Of a stretch of DNA of 30,060 nt, positions 6,671 through 15,207 are shown piece after piece. Made by a program: the position numbers and the translations under genes. The stretch is from an uncultured Candidatus Saccharibacteria bacterium. Its GTDB lineage: Bacteria > Patescibacteriota > Minisyncoccia > Minisyncoccales > RBG-13-42-11. The stretch is from assembly GCA_964557715.1 (NCBI GenBank), contig CAZLAP010000044.1:1-30060 (forward strand), read 5' to 3'. Position 1 is the stretch's first letter, and every line of letters starts with the position of its first letter. Under the pieces are notes generated by a model. It did no database searches. It saw only the letters and a list, made by a program, of their open reading frames with translations, and was not told where the DNA came from.

Positions 6671-8044
6671 ATGGCCAAGAAGCTGAAAAACAAACCCGCG
6701 AAAACTCTTTTAGCTAAACCTGAAGAAAGTGAAATAAAAAAAACCAAAATCAGGGTTATTGGCATTGGCGGCGGCGGCGGCAACATTGTTTCTGAGATTG
6801 CTTCTAAAATATCAAAGGCCAGCTTTGTTGCAGCCAATACTGATACCAAATCTTTGAAAAATTGCAACAGAAGAGTGGTTAAGTTTCAATTTGGCCAGAA
6901 TCTAACCCACGGCTTGGGCACGGGTATGAATCCCGAATTGGGAAAGGAAGCGGCTTTGAGCGAAAAAGAAAAAATAAAAAATCTTTGTCAGGGTTATGAT
7001 TTATGCATCTTGGTGGCTTCTCTCGGCGGCGGAACCGGTTCCGGCTCTGTTTCAACTTTTGCCAGAATTTCCAAAAATTTAGGCAATCTTACTTACGGAA
7101 TTTTTACCCTGCCGTTTAGTTTTGAAGGAGAAAAGAAAATGGAAATAGCCGCAAATTCCTTAAGAGAAGTGAAAAACCACTTGAATTCAATTACCATTAT
7201 CCCCAATGAAAGAGTTTTTCAGGTTATCAACAAAGAAACTCCGCTTAAAAACGCTTTATCCGCCATTAATAAATTTTTATCTGAAAGCTTAGGCGGATTG
7301 ATTGAAACAATCTACGAGCCAGGGCTGATTAATATTGATTTTGCCGATTTCAAAACCATTTTAGAAGGAAGAGGAAAATTTGCTTATTTAAATACTGTTG
7401 AGGAAAACCGAAAAGACAGCGTAATCAATGACCTTGTCGCCAAGGTTCTTAATTCGCCTTTGTATCCTTATAACATTAAAGGCGCAAAAGGCGTTTTGTT
7501 TAACATTGTCGGAGAAAAAAATCTTTCGCTTTCCGAAGTTAATCAAATATCAAAGGCGATTTCCGAATTGGTAAATTCCGAAGCAAAAATCATTTTTGGA
7601 ATTTCCCAAAACAGAAAGAATCCTAATGTTCTAAAAACCATTTTGCTGGCTACTGATTGCAATAAAGGGATAAAAATATCTTCCGGCAAACCGGAAACCG
7701 TTAAAAAAACAAAGAAGAAAAAAATAGCGAGAAAGAAAAAAAAGAACGTTATTGAAAAAAAACCGGTTTCAGCCAAAGTTTTGCCTAAGCCGGAAGAAAA
7801 AAATGGAAAATTAGCCAAGAAAAAGAAAATAAACAGAAAGAAAAAGAAAAAGTCCCGCGCTAAACCGCATACGACTTCCAAAGCGGCCGGAAAAAAAGAA
7901 AAAATCGCGGTACAGGTGAAAAACGAGGAAAAAATAAGAAAAAACGGCATTCAAATAAAAAAAGAAGCGGAAGAAATGGAAAAAGAAATAATTGATAAAG
8001 AAAAGTTTTGGGAAGTCCCCGCTTTTTTAAGGAAAAAAACATAA
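6671..8044 (+). CDS. ftsZ: Cell division GTPase FtsZ (divergent, Lys-rich linker)
   Basis: VIGIGGGGGN, ANTD, GLGTGMNPELG, SLGGGTGSG, PFSFEG, T7 loop GLINIDFAD and C-terminal peptide VPAFLRK. Confidence 0.9.
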   Translation: MAKKLKNKPAKTLLAKPEESEIKKTKIRVIGIGGGGGNIVSEIASKISKASFVAANTDTKSLKNCNRRVVKFQFGQNLTHGLGTGMNPELGKEAALSEKEKIKNLCQGYDLCILVASLGGGTGSGSVSTFARISKNLGNLTYGIFTLPFSFEGEKKMEIAANSLREVKNHLNSITIIPNERVFQVINKETPLKNALSAINKFLSESLGGLIETIYEPGLINIDFADFKTILEGRGKFAYLNTVEENRKDSVINDLVAKVLNSPLYPYNIKGAKGVLFNIVGEKNLSLSEVNQISKAISELVNSEAKIIFGISQNRKNPNVLKTILLATDCNKGIKISSGKPETVKKTKKKKIARKKKKNVIEKKPVSAKVLPKPEEKNGKLAKKKKINRKKKKKSRAKPHTTSKAAGKKEKIAVQVKNEEKIRKNGIQIKKEAEEMEKEIIDKEKFWEVPAFLRKKT

Positions 8045-8056
8045 AAATAAATTATT

Positions 8057-8920
8057 ATGAATCAGACCAATAAAGACATTTTAAAAAAGATTTACAAGCC
8101 AAGGCCGGCTGACTCTAAAAAATACGATTTCGGCCTTTTGCTGGTTATCGGCGGTTCTGATTTTTATTCCGGTTCTCCTGCTTTGTCAGCTATGGCTGCT
8201 TTTCGTTCAGGCGCTGACATGGTAAGAATTATCTCTCCTAAAAGGGCGGCAGACATAATTGCTTCTTTTTCGCCTAACTTGGCGGCTTATCCATTGGACG
8301 GCAAGTGGCTGACTAAACACGATTTGGCTGTTTTGCTTTCAATGACCGAATCAGCCAAAGCTGCTTCAAGGAATAACGCGGCCGTGGTTATTGGCGGAGG
8401 CATAGGCAGGACCGAAGAAACTCAGGAAGCGATTCTGGAATATCTTTCTCAGGCTCAAATTCCTTCAGTGATAGACGCAGACGCGATACATGCGGTAGGG
8501 AAAAATCCCGAGATAGTTTCCGGTAAAAATTTTTTGATTACCCCTCATCCTTATGAATTTTTCGTTTTAACGGGAAGAGATATTCGCGAATTGTCGGATG
8601 AGGAAAAAATTAAAGCTGTGCAAGAAGAGGCTGCCCGGCTTAAAACCACGATTTTGCTTAAAGGCAAATTGGATATTATTTCAGACGGCAAGGAAGCGGT
8701 TATAGACAAAGTGGGCACTCCTTATATGACGGTTGGCGGCTGCGGAGACGCTTTAGCGGGAATTTGCGGAGCCTTAATGGCCAGAGGAGTTAATCCTTTT
8801 TTAGCGGCCCAAGCCGGAGCTTATGTTAACGGCAAGGCTGGAGAAATCGCAGCCAAAAAGCGGGGCGAGGGTATGACTGCTCTTGATTTGATTGAAGCAA
8901 TACCGGAAGTTATACGTTAG
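8057..8920 (+). CDS. nnrD: ADP/ATP-dependent NAD(P)H-hydrate dehydratase (YjeF C-terminal, stand-alone)
   Basis: LLVIGGS..YSGSP, VIDADA, LITPH.YEF, LLKG..DII, GGCGDALAG. Confidence 0.9.
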   Translation: MNQTNKDILKKIYKPRPADSKKYDFGLLLVIGGSDFYSGSPALSAMAAFRSGADMVRIISPKRAADIIASFSPNLAAYPLDGKWLTKHDLAVLLSMTESAKAASRNNAAVVIGGGIGRTEETQEAILEYLSQAQIPSVIDADAIHAVGKNPEIVSGKNFLITPHPYEFFVLTGRDIRELSDEEKIKAVQEEAARLKTTILLKGKLDIISDGKEAVIDKVGTPYMTVGGCGDALAGICGALMARGVNPFLAAQAGAYVNGKAGEIAAKKRGEGMTALDLIEAIPEVIR

Positions 8921-8970
8921 TTAGTATGCCGGCAAAAGCTTCTTTTTAAATTTATCGCTTCATCATTATT

Positions 8971-9936
8971 ATGTTATATGACCTTATTATAATTGGCGGG
9001 GGGCCGGCCGGCATTACTGCCGGCATTTATGCAGCCCGTCAAAAGCTTAATACTCTTTTAATTACCAAATCTTTTGGCGGCCAAATTGCCAGAAAGGCCG
9101 TTGACATTGAAAATTATCCCGGGTTTCAAGAAATTTCAGGCTTGGATTTAATCAGAACTTTTGAAAAACATTTAAGAAAATTCACTTTGCTAAAAGGCGC
9201 TAAAGAAAATTCAACCAAAGGAATTGATATTGAGAGAGACGAGGCGAGAATCGTGAAAAAAATCAACGGCAATTTTTTAGTTTCCACCAGAAGCAAGCAG
9301 CAATTTCAATCAAAAAGCGTAATTGTTGCTTCCGGAGCAGATCCCAGGCCGTTGGAAGTTCCGGGCGAAAAAGAATTTATCGGCAAAGGCATTTCTTATT
9401 GCGTTACTTGCGACGCTCCTTTGTTTGCCGATAAGGAAGTGGCTGTTGTCGGCGGCGGAAATTCAGCCTTTGAAACCGCTGTATTCTTGTCTTCTTGGGC
9501 AAAAAAAATTTATATTCTGGAGTATGAGAAAAAAGTAAGGGCTGACATTGACAATCAAGAAAGAGTGAAAAAAAACGCAAAAATAGAAATTATTACCGGC
9601 GTTCAGCCTAAAGAAATTAAAGGCAAAGATTTTGTCAATTCTTTTATTTATTTGGATAAAAAAACCGGAAAGGAAAATATTTTGGCAGTGGAAGGCGTTT
9701 TTATTGAAATCGGCAGCCAGCCAGCCACTTCTTTTGTCAAAGGATTGGTTGATTTTAATAAAAAGGACGAAATAATTGTTGACCCGAAGACGATGCAGAC
9801 CAAAACTCCCGGCCTTTTTGCGGCCGGCGATGTCAGCGACATTGTTTACAAGCAGATTGTTATTGCCGCGGGCGAAGGCTGCAAAGCGGCTTTATCAGCT
9901 TCCAATTACCTTCATTTTTCAAATGAAAAATTTTAA
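8971..9936 (+). CDS. trxB: Thioredoxin reductase (NADPH)
   Basis: GGGPAG FAD motif, ISYCVTCDAP redox pair, VVGGGNSA NADPH motif, GLFAAGDV. Confidence 0.93.
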   Translation: MLYDLIIIGGGPAGITAGIYAARQKLNTLLITKSFGGQIARKAVDIENYPGFQEISGLDLIRTFEKHLRKFTLLKGAKENSTKGIDIERDEARIVKKINGNFLVSTRSKQQFQSKSVIVASGADPRPLEVPGEKEFIGKGISYCVTCDAPLFADKEVAVVGGGNSAFETAVFLSSWAKKIYILEYEKKVRADIDNQERVKKNAKIEIITGVQPKEIKGKDFVNSFIYLDKKTGKENILAVEGVFIEIGSQPATSFVKGLVDFNKKDEIIVDPKTMQTKTPGLFAAGDVSDIVYKQIVIAAGEGCKAALSASNYLHFSNEKF

Positions 9937-11095
9937 AATTGATTCAGTTAAAGTTAAAGAAATTCCTGATTCCAGAGGTAAAAAGACGATTAAAATTGAA
10001 CTGAATGCCGGCTTGGGCAAATTTTCAGCATCAGTCCCTTCAGGCACTTCCAAAGGAAAATATGAGGCAGTGGAAAAACCGGCGGCAATTGCCGCAGACA
10101 GCGTTAATAAAATTATTGCTCCGAAAATAAAAGGAAGAAATCCAGTCAAGCAAAAGAAAATAGACGAATTTTTAATTGCCATAGACGGTACCAAAAAAAA
10201 ATCTCGCTTGGGAGCAAATGCTATTCTTGGAATTTCTATGGCGGTTTGTCGGGCAGGAGCGAAAGAAAAGAAAATGCCTTTATGGAAATGGATTTCAAAA
10301 ATTGCCGGCACCAGGCCCAAATTGCCGCGGCCTTCTTTACTGCAGTTTGAGGGCGGCAAGCATGGCAGAACAAGCTTGGACATTCAGGAATTTATGACAG
10401 TTGCCAGCGGCAGAACCTTTAAGGAAAGGCTGTCAGCCGGCATTAAAACATATAAATCGCTGGGAAAAAGCTTTACTGATTTGGGACTGGAAGGAGCTTT
10501 TGTACCGAGAAATAAAAAAACAAATGAATTATTGGAATTGCTAACTGAAAAAAGCGGGAAATCAAAAATATTTATAGATGCTGCGGCCAACTCTTTTTAT
10601 AAAAAAGGAAAATATTATTTTGAAGGAAAAAAACTAACAGCAAAAGAGCTTTTAAGTTTTTACCTGGACATTATTAAAAAATATCCAATAATTGCCATTG
10701 AAGACCCTTTTGTGGAAGAAGACTGGAAAAGCTGGCAGAGGTTTATGCTGGAACTGAAAAAACAAAAATTAAAAGTTATGGTTGTTGGAGACGATTTAAC
10801 GGTAACCAATTCTGTCAGAATCAAGCTGGCGAAAAAAAGAAAGGCTTGCAACGCCGTGATTATAAAACTCAATCAAATCGGCACTGTTTCAGAAGCGATT
10901 GAGGCGGCCAAATTGGCAAAATCATTCGGTTGGGAAATAATAATTTCTCATCGTTCCGGAGAAACTATGGATGATTTTATTGCCGATTTGGCAGTCGGTC
11001 TAGGGGCAGATTTCATAAAATCCGGCGCTCCTTCCAAGCCTGAAAGAATGGCAAAATATAATAGATTGTTAAAAATAGAAAAAGAAATGAGTTAG
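9923..11095 (+). CDS. eno: Enolase (compact, 390 aa)
   Basis: VPSG.S.G, LGANAILGIS, QEFM, EDPF, VVGDDL, IKLNQIG, SHRSGET, IKSGA. The true start is ATG 9923 overlapping the trxB end; the ORF-track start at 9776 is a spurious extension. Confidence 0.95.
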   Translation: MKNFKIDSVKVKEIPDSRGKKTIKIELNAGLGKFSASVPSGTSKGKYEAVEKPAAIAADSVNKIIAPKIKGRNPVKQKKIDEFLIAIDGTKKKSRLGANAILGISMAVCRAGAKEKKMPLWKWISKIAGTRPKLPRPSLLQFEGGKHGRTSLDIQEFMTVASGRTFKERLSAGIKTYKSLGKSFTDLGLEGAFVPRNKKTNELLELLTEKSGKSKIFIDAAANSFYKKGKYYFEGKKLTAKELLSFYLDIIKKYPIIAIEDPFVEEDWKSWQRFMLELKKQKLKVMVVGDDLTVTNSVRIKLAKKRKACNAVIIKLNQIGTVSEAIEAAKLAKSFGWEIIISHRSGETMDDFIADLAVGLGADFIKSGAPSKPERMAKYNRLLKIEKEMS

Positions 11096-11108
11096 ACAAA
11101 AAACCATT

Positions 11109-11690
11109 ATGGCAAAATTAATCTTATTAAGGCATTTTCAGTCGCAGTGGAACAAAGAAAACCGCTTTACCGGCTGGACAGACGTTTCTTTAACCGAAGA
11201 AGGCAGGAAAAGCGCAAAAGAAATTGCCGCCAAGCTTTCCGATTTTAAGATTGACAAAGTTTACACTTCAGCTTTAACCAGAAACAGGGAAACAGTTTCC
11301 TTGATTCTGCAAGAGCTTGGCAAGAAAGATATGCCGGTTGTTGCCGACAAGGCGCTGGATGAAAGAAATTACGGAAAATTGCAAGGCCTCAACAAAGACG
11401 AGGTTAAAAAGCAATACGGCGAAGAACAGGTCAGGCTTTGGAGGAGAAGCTGGGACCAGGCGCCTCCGGCAGGCGAAAGCCTGAAAGACGTTTATGGCAG
11501 GGCTGTTTCTTTTTATAAGAAACACATAGAAAAAGATTTGAAAAACGGAAAAAATATTTTAGTTGTTGCCAGCCACAACAGCTTGAGAGCCTTGGTCAAG
11601 CACATTGAAAATATTCCCGACAAGGATGTCATCAATCTGGAAATACCGACAGCCAGCCTGAGAAAGTATGAGATAAACGGGAGATATTGA
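11109..11690 (+). CDS. gpmA: 2,3-bisphosphoglycerate-dependent phosphoglycerate mutase
   Basis: RH.QSQWNKENRFTGWTDV, LDERNYGKLQGLNK, WRRS, GESL, SHNSLRAL. Confidence 0.93.
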   Translation: MAKLILLRHFQSQWNKENRFTGWTDVSLTEEGRKSAKEIAAKLSDFKIDKVYTSALTRNRETVSLILQELGKKDMPVVADKALDERNYGKLQGLNKDEVKKQYGEEQVRLWRRSWDQAPPAGESLKDVYGRAVSFYKKHIEKDLKNGKNILVVASHNSLRALVKHIENIPDKDVINLEIPTASLRKYEINGRY

Positions 11691-11714
11691 CGGGATTCCA
11701 GAATTTGCTACAAT
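11687..11714 (+). promoter_or_regulatory. Sigma70 promoter of the isc operon
   Basis: TTGACG, 16-nt spacer, TACAAT preceded by TGn (extended -10). Confidence 0.7.
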
Positions 11715-11739
11715 AAAACCGACAAAATTAGTCGGTTTT
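11715..11739. promoter_or_regulatory. IscR/Rrf2 type-1-like operator
   Basis: Perfect palindrome AAAACCGAC-N7-GTCGGTTTT directly after the -10. It matches the YYGAC-N7-GTCRR core of IscR type-1 sites. Confidence 0.8.
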
Positions 11740-11752
11740 TAAAGTTTCTTTT

Positions 11753-12148
11753 ATGCTAAAAATTTCCACCAAGGCAAAATACGGATTAAGGGCAATGGTT
11801 TGTTTGGCAGAGGACCAAAATAAAGTTCATTCTCTGAAGGAAATTTCCAAGAAAGAAAAAATCTCTTTTGACTATTTGGAAAAAATTGCCTGCAAGCTGA
11901 AAAAAGCAGGGTTGATAAAATCAAAAAAAGGAAGCCAGGGCGGTTATTTTTTAGGCAGGCTTCCGCGCAAAATTAAAATCGGAGAAATTATCAGAATTTT
12001 GGAAGGAGAAGCCGGATTGGTTGAATGCACGGGCAAGCAGGGAAGCTGCCCTTTGAAAAAAAGCTGTTCGGCTAAAAAATTTTGGATAAAATTGCAGAAT
12101 TCTTTAAACTCTGCTTTAGATTCTTTAACCCTGGCTGATTTAATTTAA
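11753..12148 (+). CDS. iscR: Rrf2-family regulator, IscR-like
   Basis: STKAKYGLRAM, YLEKI...LKKAGLIKS..G..GGY winged HTH; three Cys (C92, C99, C105). Confidence 0.85.
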   Translation: MLKISTKAKYGLRAMVCLAEDQNKVHSLKEISKKEKISFDYLEKIACKLKKAGLIKSKKGSQGGYFLGRLPRKIKIGEIIRILEGEAGLVECTGKQGSCPLKKSCSAKKFWIKLQNSLNSALDSLTLADLI

Positions 12149-12164
12149 TTTTTCAATAAAAAAT

Positions 12165-13337
12165 ATGGCAAAATTGCCTAAAATTTCCAAGAAAATTTAT
12201 TTGGATTATGCTGCCACCACGCCTGTTGACCCGAGAGTTTTGCGGGTAATGCTGCCTTATTTTAATGAAAAATTCGGCAACACAATGTCTTTACATTATT
12301 TCGGGCAGGAAGCGCAACAAGCTTTGGAAAAAAGCAGGGAAGCGGTTGCCGGTTTAATATCTGCCAAGCCGAATGAGATAATTTTCACAGGTTCAGCCAC
12401 AGAAAGCAACAATTTAGCTTTAAAAGGCATTGCTTTTGTTAATCAAAAAAAAGGAAAACACATTATTATTTCTTCCATAGAGCATCCTTGCCTTATGGAA
12501 AGCGCAAGGTGGCTGGAGAAAAGAGGCTTTGAAATAACCAGATTGCCGGTTGATAAATACGGCTATATTTTTCCGGAAAGCGTCAAAAAGGCGATAAAAA
12601 AAGAGACGATTTTGGTTTCAATTATTCATGCTTCAAATGAGATAGGAACGATTCAGGAAATCGCGGAAATCGGCAAAATCTGCAAGAGCAAGGGTGTTTA
12701 TTTTCACACTGACGCGGCCCAAAGCTTTGGCAAAATTCCCATTAATTTAAAAAGGCTGAAGGTTGATTTATTGTCCGCTTCTTCTCACAAGATGTACGGG
12801 CCCAAGGGAGCAGCTTGTTTGTATGTAAAAAAAGGGACGAAGATTGAGCCGATATTGCACGGCGGCGGCCAGGAGCATGGCTTAAGGTCTTCTACCGTGA
12901 ACGTGCCTGCTATTGTCGGTTTTGCCGAAGCTTGCAAAATCGCTAAAAGAGATATGAATAAAGAAAGCAAAAGGATTTCCAGATTAAGAGACAAGCTGAT
13001 AAAAGGAGTCTTAGAGAGAATTCCCGGCTTTTATTTAAACGGCGCTGTTCAAAAAAGATTGCCTAATAACGCCAATTTTTGGTTTAAAGGAGTGGAAGGC
13101 GAATCAATAGTGATTCAGCTTGATTTGTCGGGCATTGCTGTTTCCACCGGTTCCGCTTGTTCTTCCGCGAAATTGGAGCCAAGCCATATTTTATTGGCCA
13201 TAGGCTTAAAACACGAACAAGCTCATAGTTCTCTGAGAGTAAGTTTGGGCAGATGGACTAAAGAGTCGGAAATAAATTATTTGTTAAAAGTTCTGCCAGG
13301 CGCAATCAAAAGATTAAGGGAAATTTCGGGAAATTAG
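12165..13337 (+). CDS. iscS: Cysteine desulfurase (IscS/NifS group I)
   Basis: YLDYAATTP, HTDAAQ, PLP lysine SSHKMYGPKG, catalytic STGSACSS. Confidence 0.95.
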   Translation: MAKLPKISKKIYLDYAATTPVDPRVLRVMLPYFNEKFGNTMSLHYFGQEAQQALEKSREAVAGLISAKPNEIIFTGSATESNNLALKGIAFVNQKKGKHIIISSIEHPCLMESARWLEKRGFEITRLPVDKYGYIFPESVKKAIKKETILVSIIHASNEIGTIQEIAEIGKICKSKGVYFHTDAAQSFGKIPINLKRLKVDLLSASSHKMYGPKGAACLYVKKGTKIEPILHGGGQEHGLRSSTVNVPAIVGFAEACKIAKRDMNKESKRISRLRDKLIKGVLERIPGFYLNGAVQKRLPNNANFWFKGVEGESIVIQLDLSGIAVSTGSACSSAKLEPSHILLAIGLKHEQAHSSLRVSLGRWTKESEINYLLKVLPGAIKRLREISGN

Positions 13338-13385
13338 ATTATGAAGATAAACCTTCATCTTTATCTGCGCTTTGCTTGATAGCCT

Positions 13386-13772
13386 ATGAAGTCTTATTAT
13401 TCAAAAGAAGTGATAAAAAGATTTACTCAGCCGAAAAATTTCGGGCAGATTAAGAATGCTGACGGTATCGGCAAGGTCGGCAATCCGAGATGCGGGGACA
13501 TTATGAAGCTTTACCTTAAGGTTGGCGACGGAGGGGTGATTAAAGATATTAAGTTTCATACTTTGGGCTGTGCCGCAGCAATAGCCGCGTCCGATATGGT
13601 TTGCGATTTGGTCAGAGGCAAAACAATTAAACAGGCTTTGAAGATTAATTACAAAAAGGTTATTAAGAAGCTTGGCGATTTGCCGCCCTTGAAAATTCAT
13701 TGTTCTGTTCTTGCCCGCGAGGGCCTGGAAGCGGCAGTTGAAAATTATTATGCAAAAAGAAAGAAAAAATAA
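13386..13772 (+). CDS. iscU: Fe-S scaffold IscU/NifU-N
   Basis: GNPRCGDIM, F.TLGCAAAIA, LPP.KIHCS (three Cys). Confidence 0.93.
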   Translation: MKSYYSKEVIKRFTQPKNFGQIKNADGIGKVGNPRCGDIMKLYLKVGDGGVIKDIKFHTLGCAAAIAASDMVCDLVRGKTIKQALKINYKKVIKKLGDLPPLKIHCSVLAREGLEAAVENYYAKRKKK

Positions 13773-14820
13773 AAAAGCAGTAATAGCTCTGTCCGGGGGA
13801 ATTGACAGTTCAGTATCAGCGGCTTTGTTGAAAGAGGCTGGTTTTGACGTTGTCGGAGTCTTTATGAAATTTTGGAAAGCTCCGGATAGTAAAAATTTGG
13901 GCGAAAACTGGAACAGATGCTGTTCTTCAGAGTTTGAAACAAGAGCCAGAAAAGTGGCTAAAATTTTAAACATTCCTTTTTATGTTTTTAATTTTGAAAG
14001 GGAATTTAAAAAAAGAATTGTTGATTATTTTTTTAAAGAAAATAAAAGAGGGCTGACTCCCAATCCCTGCGTGGTTTGCAACAAGGAAATTAAATTTGGT
14101 TTGTTTCTGGAGAAAGCGTTGAAAATGAATGCAGATTTCATTGCCACCGGCCATTATGCTTGTCTTGGAAAGGGCAGCAAGCTGCTGAAAGCAAAAGATA
14201 AAGAAAAAGACCAGTCGTATTTTTTGTGGCAGCTGAATCAGAAACAGCTGAAGCGCGTTTTGTTTCCAATAGGCGGCTATAAAAGAAAAGAAGTGGAAAT
14301 ATTGGCAAAAAAACTTAAACTTCCTTTTAATGGAGTTAAAAAATCTCAGGAAATTTGTTTTGTTCCCGAAACTGCTAAAGATTTTTTAAGGCATTGTTTT
14401 AAATCAAAACCGGGTAAAATTATTGACAGCAAAGGAAAAATTCTGGGCCGGCATCAGGGATTGTGGTTTTACACCATTGGCCAAAGAAAAGGAATAAAAC
14501 TGCCTGGCGGGCCTTATTATGTTTTGCATAAAGATTTAAAAAAGAACATTTTAATCATAACAAAAAAAGGAAAAAATTTATTAAAGAAAGAATTAACCTG
14601 TAAGAATGTTAATTGGCTGTCAGGCAAACAGCCGAAATTGCCGTTGAAAGCGAGCGTAAAAATCAGGTACAGGCAAAAACCGGTTTCCGCTGTTATTAGA
14701 AAACTTGGCGGCAAAAACTGTTTTTTGAAGTTTGATAAAGCGCAGCGAGCTGTTACGCCCGGCCAGTCAGCTGTGTTTTATAAAGGCCAAAAGGTTTTGG
14801 GCGGAGGAATCATATCTTGA
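13750..14820 (+). CDS. mnmA: tRNA U34 2-thiouridylase
   Basis: SGGIDSS PP-loop, TPNPCVVCN, ATGHY, KDQSYFL, SQEICF, YTIGQRKG, TPGQSAVFY. Start is likely ATG 13750 inside the iscU 3' end. Confidence 0.95.
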   Translation: MQKERKNKKAVIALSGGIDSSVSAALLKEAGFDVVGVFMKFWKAPDSKNLGENWNRCCSSEFETRARKVAKILNIPFYVFNFEREFKKRIVDYFFKENKRGLTPNPCVVCNKEIKFGLFLEKALKMNADFIATGHYACLGKGSKLLKAKDKEKDQSYFLWQLNQKQLKRVLFPIGGYKRKEVEILAKKLKLPFNGVKKSQEICFVPETAKDFLRHCFKSKPGKIIDSKGKILGRHQGLWFYTIGQRKGIKLPGGPYYVLHKDLKKNILIITKKGKNLLKKELTCKNVNWLSGKQPKLPLKASVKIRYRQKPVSAVIRKLGGKNCFLKFDKAQRAVTPGQSAVFYKGQKVLGGGIIS

Positions 14821-14860
14821 GACAAAAGGTCGAAAAATTAAAAATTATTAAGTTTATTTT

Positions 14861-15151
14861 ATGGTAGAAACCATCAAAGAAAATAAAGTTTCTTGCTGGG
14901 ATTGCAAGAAGGAAATAGAAATTGAAGGAAAGGAAATTAAAAATGGGAGAATGTTAGTTTATGAGAACGGTGGAGATAAATTAAGAGTATTCAAATGCAA
15001 TGATTGCTTTGAGAAATCTCCGGAATTGAAAAATTTTCAGTCATGCGAGGTTTATTCCAGGATTGTCGGTTATTTGAGGCCGGTTCAGCAATGGAACGAA
15101 GGCAAGCAAAAAGAGTTTAAAGACAGAAAGGAATACAGCCTTCCTAAATAA
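14861..15151 (+). CDS. Stand-alone class III ribonucleotide reductase (NrdD) C-terminal domain: Zn ribbon plus glycyl-radical loop
   Basis: CWDC...CNDC followed by YSRIVGYLRPVQQWNEGKQKEFKDR, the NrdD C-terminal signature; only 96 aa. Confidence 0.75.
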   Translation: MVETIKENKVSCWDCKKEIEIEGKEIKNGRMLVYENGGDKLRVFKCNDCFEKSPELKNFQSCEVYSRIVGYLRPVQQWNEGKQKEFKDRKEYSLPK

Positions 15152-15207
15152 TACTCAATGAATTTGTTGATTCATTTTGATCTTCAATAAATATTTGATT
15201 TATTTCG

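Noticed and set aside
9776-9922. 49-aa N-terminal extension on enolase in the ORF track
   Set aside because: It lies wholly inside trxB in another frame; enolase homology starts at ATG 9923.
13401-13973. 190-aa minus-strand ORF (and the other minus-strand ORFs in the track)
   Set aside because: Antisense shadows of well-supported + strand genes. They are Phe/Ser/Leu-rich as expected from reversed Lys/Glu codons and have no motifs.
15157-15176. 7-bp inverted repeat AATGAAT/ATTCATT upstream of SOD as a regulator site
   Set aside because: Purely AT-rich and short; cannot be told apart from chance or a weak terminator.
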